A stretch of 64,000 bases of DNA from Fonticula alba ATCC 38817 (Eukaryota > Protista > Nucleariida). Positions 24,191 to 36,197 of this stretch are shown here, one piece after another. Numbering within the stretch: the stretch's first letter is position 1; the number at the start of each line of letters is the position of its first letter. The DNA lies in assembly GCA_000388065.2 (NCBI GenBank), contig KB932205.1. One strand, written 5' to 3'. The notes under the pieces are model-generated. The model searched no databases. It saw only the letters and a list, made by a program, of their open reading frames with translations, and was not told the DNA's origin. The position numbers were made by a program, and so were the translations under genes.

Positions 24191-24487
24191 CGCGCTTTAT
24201 TGTCATCGCTTGCCTTCTTGTACCTCTCGAGACGAAATGCTTTCTTCCGAGGCGTGATCTCCATATCGGAGAACAAGCCTCGGTGAATCAGTCCGAGCGT
24301 TTCAGGTTAGATGAACGAGCCGCAAGGCCTCGTCGCCGGCTTGTCGGCCAGGGGGGGGACGGAGGAAGAAGGGCCAGCGACAGGAGAAGAAGAGACCAGG
24401 ACAGAGCGTGTGTCCGGGGAGGCCAAGAAAAGGAGATGGTGGGGGCAGGTGTATTGGGTGTCAAAGGGGCTCGGAGGGGGCACAAGC

Positions 24488-26816
24488 TCACTCCTGTTTG
24501 AAGTGCGGCACCAAGGGGGGAGGCGGGTGCGGGCTGGAGGGGGTGTCCCCAGGGGAAAGGGGATCCGCGTCGCCGGGCAGCGCCGGGGGCGTTGGCCCCG
24601 GGCGGAAGTACTGTTGGCTATTGCCGGCGCTCGTGGGGAGATGCCCGCCACCAGGGGAGCGGGGCTGCGACCCGGGCGTGGAAGCAGGGCCAGACGCGGC
24701 GGGGCTACTGCCGGGCGGTGCCGGTTGCGGCGGCGGCACCGACGAGGGGTGTCCCTGCGACCGGGGGACGTCCGGCGAGGATGGGGTCCGGGAATCAGGA
24801 CCTGCCGGTGTGGAGGCGCATCGCGGAGGTCAGAAGAGGGGCCCTTCACGCTGGCTCCTTCGAGCCGCGTCGCATCAAGGTGGGGGATCGTACCGATGGA
24901 TTGTGAGGAGGCGGAGGAGGCGGAGGAGGCGGAGGAGGCTGAAGAGGTGGCCCCGGGGGAGCTCGACGAGTGGCGGGAGTGTGGGGACGAAGCCGGGAGG
25001 GATGGCACTGGCGCCTGGATATCCCGCGCATCCCCACCAGCATCCGGGGCTGGGCGCATCGCTTGCATGTGCAGATCGTCTTCATCGAAATCCGCGAAAA
25101 TGTTGCCACTGGAAGTCCCGGAGGCCGGTCGGTTGGCGAGCAGAGGCCCGGCATGATGCGGCTCGGGGTTGGCCGACATCAGGGAGGGCGCCGGGGCATG
25201 ATGTGAAGGCGAGGCAGAGGACTGGTGGTGCGGCGGTTGCTGCTGCTGCTGCTGCTGCTGCTGTTGCAAGTGGGGACCCGTTCTAGTGGCCTGCGCGTGG
25301 TGGGGAGATGGCGCGAGAGCGTGAGAATGTGGGCCCTGGGGCGGGTGCTGCCAGGGTTGCTGCTGCTGCTGCTGCTGCTGTGGCAGAGACACCGGGGTCG
25401 GCACCGGGGTCTGGTGGTGGGTCAGGGGCGAGGCACCAGGGCCCCCATGCGGGCGAAAGCGCTTGGCCGAGGAGACATTCTCCTCGGCGCTCCCCTGCCG
25501 GTCCTCCGGGGCCGGGCCGTCAGCATGCGGGGAAAACGCACCGGCCGGGCCGCGGTATGCCTGCTGCTGCTGTTGCTGCTGGTGCTGCTGCTGCTGCGGC
25601 AAGTGTTGATGCTGGTGGGGCAGAGGCATGGCGCCACCAGCCTGGGAGGACACATGCCCCGGACGCTGCAGGGTGCCAGCCAGTGCAGGGGGTCGCTGCT
25701 GGGGGTGATGTTGATGATGATGATGATGTTGTTGCTGCTGCTGCTGTTGGGGAGACGCCCCGGTGATGGGGCTCTGGCCGGGGGTGATGACCGGCTTGCG
25801 CTCGGCCGGACCGGCGGCCCAGCCGGGCATGGCCAGACCGGACCCCTGGTGCCGAGGGGTGGTATCGGCCGCGCCGTTGGCGGCCATCGAGTCCTCGTCG
25901 AAGTCCTCGCCGTCGGGCTCAAACTTGACCCCAGGCATGAAGCGCTGCGGCCCGCCATCACCCTCGCGACGATAATTGCTCGGGCTGATTTGCCGGCCAC
26001 TGGCGCCGGTGGCCCGGTCGCGCTTGACGGCCGTCAGGAAAATCTTGTCGTACAGGCTGTTGCCGAGACTGTTGCCGAACATGCGCAGGGCACGCTTGAT
26101 CCCATCGGTGATGGCCTCCTTTTTGCACTTCTCCAGGATGGCGCCGCGTCCGCGAATGTTGTCCGCTGACCCGTACCCGACATCCTCATGGAAGCAGCCA
26201 TTCTTCAGCGTCACCCGGATGAGGGCCGACACGCCGCAAGAGAAGCGCCCTTCGCCAATTTCCTGGAGCTACTTTCTCCCCGCCAGGGGGGAGCCATGTT
26301 AGACAGCGAGGAGACGATGGGGAGGAGGCAGGCAAAAGGGGGGTCGGCGGGGAGGGGGCATGTTTTCCGAGAGAGAGAGAGAGAGAGAGAGGAGGGGGGC
26401 GTACAAAGTCGACGCTGATGTTTTTCACGGCCGAGGACCAGCCACCAAAACCGAACGTCTCGTTGGAGAGTTCGATCGCGCGCCAGCCCTCAATGTATGG
26501 GACCTCGTCTGTGCCGATGGCAGCCGCGAGGATGTGTGTGTGTGTGTGGCCCGTAGGTGGTTGCGCAGTTGGGACAAGGAAAGCGACAGTCAGCAAATGG
26601 CCCCAGCTCCACCAGGGGAAAGAGAGGGAAAGAGGGCCATGTGCACGCACCACGTCCACTCGGGCCCTTACGATAGGCAATATACTCGGGACCGAGCTGC
26701 TGCTGCAGGCATGTCTGGATGGCGGCCTGCTCTTCGGGGGTGAACTCGCAGTTGATGCCCCAGACATTGGGCAGCATGTGCACCGGCACCGACGTATCAT
26801 GCAGGCCGGAGTCCAT
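24488..26816 (-). CDS. RAD52: DNA repair and recombination protein RAD52 with a long Q/H/P-rich disordered tail
   Basis: Exons 26816-26651, 26508-26405 and 26268 onward splice in frame to ...FTPEEQAAIQTCLQQQLGPEYIAYRKGPSGR|DEVPYIEGWRAIELSNETFGFGGWSSAVKNISVDF|LQEIGEGRFSCGVSALIRVTLKNGCFHEDVGYG...EKCKKEAITDGIKRALRMFGNSLGNSLYDK, the Rad52/Rad22 annealing domain. The 3' end is uncertain: 24488 if a ~95-nt intron 24849-24755 is used, otherwise 24705 or 24307. Confidence 0.93.
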
Positions 26817-27630
26817 CGGTATTATTGTGCGTACGGATGTACAGACCGGGAGCAAACGAGGGGAAGAACGGGATGGAAGGAGATCGGGAAGACGTGTTGG
26901 GACAAGTGTGTGCGTGTGTGTGTGCGTGTGTGTGTGCGTGTGGATGCAGGGAGAAGGGGTGAGGAAGGAGCGGGTGCATCGGGTTCCAGGTGGCCCTCAC
27001 TTATATGCCTCTCGCGAGAGGAGGGCTCCGGGGGGATGTTCCGTCGTGCCCTTGTGTGCCTCCCTTGTCCTGGCACAGGGGGCCGCCGGCCTTCAGTCAC
27101 TTTTGCAAGTGCACCCAGATCGGGGAGGGGCAGCACGATCGGCATCCAGGGCCAAGCGGGGGGGGGGGGAGGGCCCAATCCGCCGGGACATGTACCGCTT
27201 TCTGACTGGGCCAGATGGGAGAGCAAGCACGCCCCCCCCNNNNNNNNNNNNNNNNNNNNNNNNNNNNNNCTCGGGGCCGGATAAGAAAGAAGGAAGAGGG
27301 GCACGGCGAGTGTGGCGCGTTTGCGTGGGAATGGTGGCGCCACCATCGGGGCGCTACCCGGCGCCACGCCCCTTCCGGTGGGACATACCCGCGTCAGGGG
27401 CAACATGAATGCCCAGACCCCCCCGCCCGCCCCACCCGGCCCCGGAAAAGGGCCCGAAAAAAGAACGGAGACAGGTCGTGTGTCTAAAGGCTGGTGTATT
27501 ATCTGCGGGGGGGGGGGGGGGGGAGCAGGGCAGGGGCAAGCCGTGCAGCGGCATCTGGATGGGGATGGCGCGCAAAGCCACACCCGGCTGCAGGCCCCGC
27601 CCCCCCTCTGTGGCAGGCCCCTCTTTCTCT

Positions 27631-30600
27631 TCACAGGACCCCCAGGCGCCGGGACTCCCAGTAGAGCTCGGCCGCCAGGCGGATGATGATCTCGGCGCTG
27701 ACGATGTGCGCCGAGGCCGGATCCTCCCGGAGCAGAGGCAGGGAGGACCCTCCCGCGGGGGCCTTGGTGGGGGGCACCACCAGCGGCCGGCTGGCCTCGG
27801 CGGCGTCGGCCGGCGGCTTGGCCAGCGGTTCGGGGCCGTCCGCCGGGATGGCACCCACGCCCGAGGCCAGGTTGCTGGCCTCCTCGTCGGTGAGGCTGTC
27901 CCCGGGGCCCAGGCTGGGCGAGGCCCCGGCCGCGGCCGGGGTGGTGTAGGTAGACGCGCCGGCGGCCGCCAGCAACAGTGGGCTGGCCCGGCGGAGGTGG
28001 GCCGTCTGGCCCTGGAGCTGGTCCAGGGCGGCTGTGCCCCCGAGAACCACCGGCGACAGGCTGTCACTGAACAGGGTGCATGGGCTCCAGAAGACGCTCC
28101 ACTGCTGGTGCAGGCGCAGGGCCGCTGGCAGGTACTCCCGCAGGTGGGGCCCATTCACCACGAGGACGATGTCCTCGCCGCTCTTGGCGATACGCAGCAT
28201 GCGCCTCCGATGGAGGGCGATGAAGGCCAGCGCCACGAAGTGGGCGAAGTCGTGGCAGAGGTAATCCGACCAGAGGGACTGCGCGGGGGTGCGTGGATGT
28301 GCGCAAAATGCCAAGCGCCCACGTGTCCATGGGGGATGCGAGGGGGGGGGGGGGGGGTTAGGGCGTGCCCGATGCGGGCGAATGGGAAAGGCGATCTCGG
28401 AATGGCCGGAGAGCATGCACGTACCTCCCACAGGCGGAACACCTGCGACAGCGGGAACTCCCGCTTGAAGAGGACCATCAGCCAGCGGAAGCAGAAAAAG
28501 AGCTCGTCACAGCCCAGGCGATCTGGAGCGGCGCGCGCGCACACCCCCCGGAAGGAGGTTCACGCGCGGGAGACGGAGGACCGGGGGGGGGGGGGGGGGA
28601 GCAGTGTGGTCAGCAGACATGGGACGGAGACCTGCCAGGGGGCAAGCACGGCTGGCAAGGGGCTCCTCGCGGCGCGCGGCACGCACTCAAGTGGATGTAC
28701 AAATCCGGCTGCAGGTATTTGAGGAGGAAGAGGATGCGCCGAGACTGGCGCGAGACGCTGCTGTGGGTTGAGCTGAAGTTGTCCTTCTACAGAGGGCGGG
28801 CGGAGTGCACGGCGGTGAGGGGGGGGGGCGGGGGGCGTGTGAGGAAAGGAAGAAGAAGCAATCGCAAGAGCCAAAGGCAGGGGCACACGCCAGTCGCTGC
28901 GAACGTGGCGAGAGGCGGCGAGAGGAAGTAGGGGACAGGGCCATCCTTACCACGCGTTCCATGAGGCGCGCAAAGCACCAGAAGGCCTCCGCCTCGGCGG
29001 GGGCGATGGAGTCGTAGTCCGTGTCGTCCGGCAGGGGGAAGCCATGTGTGGCGGGGGAGCTCTGCACCGACACGCCGGAGCCATGCGCCGGGGCCGAGCT
29101 ACTGGCAGCCTCGCGCAAGCCCAGGTCGCGCTCGAGGTCGGATGAGGAGAACACCAGCAGCAGGGGACTCAGCAGGTCACTCATGCCCTGGCAGTAGCCG
29201 ACGGCCGGATTCCAGGCGGCATAGGCGGCCAGAATGCGCCGCATACGCCGGACATTCGGATTCACCTGGCGTCCCTCGGCAAAGAAGGGAATCGAGCAAT
29301 CTGTCCGGAGGATGTCCTTCTCTGCAAGAGTGCATGCATGTGCATGTGTGTGTGGGGGGGTGAATGGGTGCATGTTAATGTGTGTGTGTGTGTGTGTGTG
29401 TGTCAGCGGGCGCAGCATGGGCGAAATGGGTCTTGCCACTGGCCAGTGGGGAATGCCCGCACGCACCGATGATGCGCGGGGTCTCGTAGCCAGGGTGTTC
29501 CGGATTGGTCGATGGGCAGAGGAGTTTCTTGCAGATGGCGATGTAGTCATCGCTGGAGGGGAGCCCCATCATTGCATGTCAGTCAGGTGGGGCAGAAGAG
29601 GGCGGAGGAAGCATCAACGATTGAAGGGGAGCAGCCCGGCCCCGGGCTCCCGGCTCCCGGCCCCGCCCATCTCCGATCAACGCACAGCAGCTTCCGATCG
29701 CGCCGAACCCGCTGCTCAGCCGTCATGCCAAAGCGGTAATACCCAAGGAGATACTTCCACACTTCCGGGCGCATGTCCGGCTCGACGCCCTGGCAGGTGA
29801 GCATCCGTGCCGCAGTGGGAGGGGAGGGGGGGGGGGCATGCAGAAGGGGCGACACGGGAAGGGAGGAAGCACAGAGGCGGGGCCATGTCAGCAAGCTAAA
29901 ATAATTCACAGGGTAACGCCAGGACNNNNNNNNNNNNNNNNNNNNNNNNNCCCCCCCCCCTGCTCGGCCCCGTGAGAAGAGACACGCACCTCCTCGAAGA
30001 TCCGGCGCTTGATCTCCAGGGAAAAGGGGATCTGGCCATAGTTCAGCGGAGCCCAGCCATGCTCGGCCGGCGGCGGCCCGCCCGCAGGCCAGACATCCGT
30101 GTCGGCTGGCGTCGCCCGCGAGAGCCAGAATTCCCGACTCACGGGGCCCGGATTGAGGCAGGACATGTCGGCCAGGGCCGTTTCGGCCAGAGACCGGGGA
30201 AGGGATACAGCCACAGGCGGCGAGCTGTGTGGGGGGACCACGGTCGTGACCGGTGCCTGAACCGGCCCGCCGGCCAGGCCCCGCGATGGCGACCGCAGCA
30301 ACAAGCGCCGCAGGGACAGCCGGTTGGCCCGCATCCACGCCAGGTGGGAATACTCCCCCAGGGCCAGGGCCAGGTTCTGGTCGAGGTTGCGCGTGGCCGG
30401 GGAGTCGGCCGGGCGCCAGTGCCGGCGCCCGGCGCGTAGCCAGAAGTCCGCCGACATGGCGCACAGCCGGTGGTAGCGGAAGCGCCAGTCCGCCCGGCGG
30501 GCCTGCCGCAAGGCGGTCACCGGATCCAGGGCAAGGGCCTGGTCGCCGGGGCGGCCAAGCCCGGTGGCCTCATCGCCCTCGTCATCGCTGGCCTCCGGAA

Positions 30601-30762
30601 GTAGCCCCACGCCGGAGTAGTCCCCGCGCGAGTCGGCCAGCTGATGCAGGCCCGACAGCAGCGGCGAGTGGTTGGGCTGTGCAACAACCAGCCGATCGCT
30701 GCCGGCATTCCGGCTGGCCACACTCCAGGGCTGCACCATCGTCCCGAGACCCGGCACATAGG

Positions 30763-30802
<40 letters not shown>

Positions 30803-33478
30803 GTGGGTGCCACTGTCGGCCGCCAGGCCGCCAGACAGGGCCTCGGGCCAGGGCGGCAGCAGGGAGTATGCATTGGTGGGACCCGGCGCCGGGGGGGCTG
30901 CCGCGCTGGCGCCGCCGCTGGTGCCGCTCCAGAAGCCGCTGCTCCGGGTGCCGGGATCCTCCGCCAACAGGGGATACGGCCGGGAATTGGTGCCGGCTGT
31001 GGCCCAGCTTCGCGAAAAGATCGACACAATGCCGCCAGCCGGGGCGAGGGCCTGCACCGGATCCGAGCTTCCCCCGGGGGGCGGGTCCGCCGCCAGCGGC
31101 GAAGAGGGTGCCGAGTCCGACTGGGCAGATGGACCCGCCGGCGGTGGCATGGCCAGGACGACGGGGGGAGGCTCATCCATGGCGGTGCCGCTCGGCGCGG
31201 CCAGCACCCGGGGCACCAGGGGCGGCGGGGTGAATCCCGGCCGCAGGACCACCGGCCGGCTGGCCGGGGCGCCGCCCCCGGCCCCGCCGATCCCCGGCAC
31301 CCCGCGGGCTTCCCACATGCTGGAAATTTCACGGAACGACTCGCGCCCGGGGCGGGCCCCGATGGCAGGCGATGCCTCATCGGCCCGGGGCCCGATGCTG
31401 AGCTGCTCGATCGCCAGGGCATCCGGATCGTCGGGATTGTGCCGCGACCGAATGGCCCCGCTGAGCCAAGGGCGCGAGGACTGGCTGGAGAAGGTGGTCT
31501 CCAGGTACGGGCCGGAGGGCGAGCCACCGGGCGCCGCGGGCGCTGGCGGGGCATGGAAGCGCCGGAGGACCTCCGCTTCGGGGGGGATGCTCATTCGCGG
31601 GGACTCGAGCTCCGGCGTCCGGGGCGCCGGCAGGGCCACCGTCGTCACCGAGGGGCCGCCATACTGGCTGCTGCCGCGGGAGGGCGGCGCTCCGGTAAGC
31701 ATGCCTCCCGGAGACCGGACGCCCGATGCCGCCTGGCAGGCCGGTGCCACCGAGTCCGGCAGGGCCTCGCCGAAGGGGTCCTCGTCCAGCACGCGCACCA
31801 GCAGGACGGCCTTGATGGCGTCGATGCGCGCACGCAGGGCCAGGACCCGGCGCCGAGCGATGCGGTCCGGCGCGGCCACATGCAGCGAGGCCAGCGCCTC
31901 CGGCGAGATGTCATCCGCCTCGGGGGCCGGCAGGCGCGAGGGCATGCGCGCGGCCACCGTCGAGAAGACCGACAACGGCCGGGAGGGGTCCTGGGCATCG
32001 ACACCCGGGGGCCCGGGCGTGGCAGGCGCCGGGGCCGGCGGCGGCGGCGGCGGCCCGGAGCGCAGCGGCACCGGCGTCAGGCCACGCGTGTCGCACACGG
32101 CCAGCGGCCGCTCGATCCCATGCAGACAGGGGACCAGCCCCCGGGCAAAGAGATCGCCAAGCTGCCCCTGGAACGGGGCCAGATCCTCATCGAGGCTGGC
32201 ATTGAGCCACGGGTCGCAGGCACACTGGCAAGTGCAGTCGTCGGTCAAGTCGGATGGCAGATCGTGGCGGCCGGTGGTGGCGGCCTGGCAGGGCCCCCCG
32301 GCGCCGGCCAGCCCGGCACAGCACTCGGCCCCGGTCAGCAGGGGAAAGCCCCCGGGCGGCGCATCGGCCAGGTCGTCGGCCAGCGCGAAGCCGGCACTCA
32401 GCAGGGCTCCAACCTCCAGCTGGGCCAGCTCCAGCACGCCGAACAGGTTGTCCGTGGTGAGGCTGGCCCAGTCGATGGCGCACTGGACCGCCGGTGGCGG
32501 GTGCGACGCCCGGGGCCGGCGCGCGAACGGCGAAAGCAGGTCGATGAAGAGGGCCGCCTCGTCGGGGGCCGAGTGGACGGACGCCGGCCGGGAGGCCCCC
32601 GGCGGGGGTCGGCGCCGCTGGGGAACCGCCCCGCCCGGCTGCAGGACCAGCCCCGGCTGCAGGGCTGCCGAGCGCCCGGCGGCGGAGGGAGGCCCTGACC
32701 CGGGCCCGGCGCCGGCTGGCCGGCCGGTCGGCTGCTGTCGAGCCAGGCTCAGCGTCGATCGGTATGCCTCGGTCTCCGAGGGGGCCGGCTCGAGAAAGAG
32801 CCGGTCCACCGCGGGTAGGCTCTCGCAAAAGGGGTCGGCCGGCTGCTGGGTGCCGGGGGTGCTGGCCGCCGGGGCCCCGGCCCCGGCACAGGCCTCCACC
32901 GCCAGCAGCAGGGGCGGGGTGATGCGGCGAATGCGCCCGAGCACCTGGGCCTGCTGGTGTTGGATGCGCGAAAGGCTGAAGGAGCACAGGTGTGACCAGC
33001 TGTCGGCCGGCACGGTGGTCGGCGAGTGTGGCAGGTATTCTCGCGGCAGGCTGACATGGGTGATGCCATGCGGGGTGGCGGGGTGAAGCCCGAGCCCGGG
33101 GCCCGGCCCGGGGGCCAGGCCCTTCGGCAGCTGGGGAGATGGGCTGGAAATGACGGGGGTCGAGTCACTGGGCCCGGTGGAGGGCCAGCCGGGCATGCGG
33201 CTGGTCCGCCGGGGGCGCTGGCCGGCGGCCGCGGCACCGGCGGTGCCGGCCGCCGGGGGAGGCGCCATGCCGGCCGCGGGGTCCGAGTGCCCCTGTTGCT
33301 GGGCCTGCTGGTGGAATTGCCGTTGGAGTTGTTGATGGACGGCCAGCTGGTGCGAGGCCAGGGGGCCGGACATGGGTGGCAGGGCGCTCAGGCGCCGGGC
33401 CGATGTCGGGGCCGGGTGTCCAGTGCCAGACCCAGGCACCGGCGCCGGCGCATCTGGCCGGTCGGGCCAGAGGGGCAT
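27631..33478 (-). CDS. TBC-domain Rab GTPase-activating protein, Gyp7/TBC1D15/TBC1D17-like, with a very long N-terminal exon
   Basis: Exon 1 33478-29990 (...EIKRRIFEE) joins GVEPDMRPEVWKYLLGYY, then RII|EKDILRTD (IxxDxxR arginine finger), AYAAWNPAVGYCQGMSDLLSPLL (YxQ glutamine finger), EAEAFWCFARLM, ELFFCFRWLMVLFKREFPLSQVFRLWE and SLWSDYLCHDFAHFVALA. Stop at 27631. Confidence 0.88.
30764..30802. repeat. (CGT)n trinucleotide tract encoding poly-Thr in the TBC gene exon 1
   Basis: Visible CGT repeats; TTTTTTTTTTTT on the - strand ORF. Confidence 0.9.
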
Positions 33479-34805
33479 CGGGACCGAGAGGCGGGCCGGG
33501 GCGGGCGAGGGGGCCGCGAGGAGGAACGGAGGCGAGGGGGGCTATGCAAGAGGCGGGGAGAATGCGGCGAGGGAGGGGAGAGGAGAGGAGAGTGATGATG
33601 TCTGGCCGCGCGCCCGGTGGCAATGTGGGCCGGGAGGCCGGGGCCGCTTAAAAAAGCCGACAGGCGATCGCGCCCGGCATATTCCCGCATCCCCTCCACT
33701 TGCCGCCCCTCTGCCGGGGGGGGGGGGGGGCGGGAAACAGGGCGGGGAGGGCGTCTGGCCCGGTGGGGCGCGCCCACAGGCGTGGCGACGCGCCCGGGGC
33801 CCCGGAGCGATCTGGCTCTTGATCGTGGCCGGGCCGCGAGCGGAAGGGGGGCTCCCGGGCATCTTGGCCAGTGGGGATGATGACACTCGCGCGCCCCATC
33901 CACCCGGAGAAAGTCCGGGGCCGTGCGGGTGAAGAATGGGCAGCAGCTGCCCCATTTATGCAGGGGTCATCAGAAACACCGGTCGTCCCAGGACCCATGT
34001 TTTGCCGGACAAAGTCGAGACAACACCGGAGACTCCTGGCTCTGTGGCTACTCCTCTACCGCGCATGCTCCCCCGTCCCCCCCCCCCCCCCCCCGCCCCG
34101 CACCCAAAGGGCGGGCGTAGGCAAGTGCCGCCCGCGCTCGGAGCCCAGACTTTTTGCCGGCTCCTTTGTTCCCCCCTTTTCTCCGCGCGCGCGCGCGCGG
34201 TACCCGTGCGGGGCCGAGCCACGACTCCGACCCATCGTCGGCCCCCCCCCCCCCCCCCTCGGTCCGTATCACCGGTGGCCCGCCCGCCGGCTTCCTGGCC
34301 CGGGCGGCTATTTATTAAGCAGCGCCAGTCCGGATTGTTGCCGCGTCTGACAGAAAAAAGAAGACGGGGGGCGCACTTTCATGAGCACATCAGGAGGGGC
34401 AATTGTGTGCGCATCCACGCCACAAACAACGCATACGGAACCGATCCCCCCCCCCCCCCCCTCCCCCCCCCCAAGCCACGAGCTCGCGCCCCTTGTTTCT
34501 TCTTCCAACCCCCCTCCAGCTTACCGAGGAAGGGGGGAGGGGGGCAAATGCAGGAAGCGCCGAGGTGCACACAGACACACGCCCCCCCTCCCCCTGCACA
34601 CGCGCGAAGATACAACATGCATTCATTTGGTCAGGCATCGGCCGAGAGAATGCCCGGCGAAAGAGGGGGTTTGATGGTCGACGATCGGGGCGATCCCGTG
34701 AGCACGGTCAGCCCGAGGATCAGAACCGCAGATCTAGACTATGATCTCCGACGTGGACGCGTGTCTGTGTGCCGCCGCCCCAGCCCACCCCCCCCCCCGC
34801 CATTT

Positions 34806-36149
34806 TTAGAGCCAGGTCATCAAGCCGCGCCAGCAGCGCCCGACGATGGCCGGGTCGGTGGCCTGCTCAACCAGGCAGGCCACCTGGGCCGCGGTGCTGG
34901 AGCACCGGATGAGGGCCGCGTCGGCGGCCGACTGGTCCAGCCCCTCGCACGGGGTGGCACCGGCGGCGGCGGTGGCCGCACCGCTCCCGGCCACCGGGTA
35001 GCCGGCGGCCGCCAGTGTGTCAGCCACAAGCGGGTCCGCCAGCAGGGCGCTCAGGTGCCGGCCGGTGGCGGTGGCCGGGGCCTGGCCACTACCGGCCGAC
35101 TGGCCGACGATGTCCAGGAAGAGCTCGGAGAAGGCGAACGCCGGGCCAAAGGGATTGTCCGGATCGGCGGCCGTGGGATCGGCGGCCGAGGGCTGGCCGG
35201 CAAAGATGCCCGGCCGGGTGCGCACATCCCCCGGCAAGCCGGCCAGGCAGGCGACCATCTGCCGGACCACCGGATCGCCCTCCAGCCCGGGGGAGGCGCC
35301 CTGCCCGGGCAGGGCGCCCAGGGAGGCTGGCCACCCGCGGGGCGGTGCCCGTGTACGCACCACCGACTGGCTTAGTTCGACGGCCGTCACGAAGGCCGGG
35401 TGAGCCAGCGACAGCTTGGCCATGGCCAGGAAGAGCAGCGTGCGGGCGCGCGCCCCGCGCGTGGGATCCCCGGGGCCGCCGCCGGCTGCCCGATCTCCCA
35501 GGCCGAGAAGCGACTGGAGGAAGGGCAGCGGCTCGGTTTGGAAGACGGCCAAGGCCGCCGAGATGATTGGCGCCGCGCGGCGCCACGCATCCAGCAGGGC
35601 CACCATCACCGGCTCGAAGAGGGCATGCGTGCCATGCGGCGAGAGGACATTGATCATTTGGCTGTGGGCGAGCCCCGGGTGGGCCTGGTGTCAGTGATGC
35701 ACGGGCCATGGCGGGGGCGGGGCGGAGGGGAAGGAGGGCAGCACTCAGGAAGAGGGATCTTCCCCCCTTTCCTGGCCCATGCAAAGGGTGCGCACCGTGT
35801 CAGCCGGAAGGGAATCAACTCCGGGAAGGACAGCAGCATGGTCGAGCTGCCAAAGGCGTGGCCAAAATCAATGGGAATCACCCGGCCAGAAGCCGGATCA
35901 ACAAGCAGGTTGTCCGAGTGCCGGTCCCCGATCCCCATCAGGTAGCCGGCGGCCGAGCAGGCCGCCGCGCTGGCCGAGAAGGCTGCCCGTCGGGCGAGCA
36001 CGCGTACCGCAGAGGGGGCCCCGGCAAAGAGGACCGCCGAGCGTAGGGTCCCGGCCGGGATGAAACCGCCAGCCGTGTGCTCGAAGTTCCGACGGACCTC
36101 CTCGGTTGGCCGGGCGTACACTGTCAGATAGCCACTATTAGGGTCTAGT

Positions 36150-36197
<48 letters not shown>

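Noticed and set aside
29911-29923. GGGTAACGCCAGG, a 13-nt match to the M13/pUC primer region next to an N-gap
   Set aside because: Too short to separate from chance, and it lies in intron sequence with a normal branch motif nearby; needs VecScreen or raw reads.
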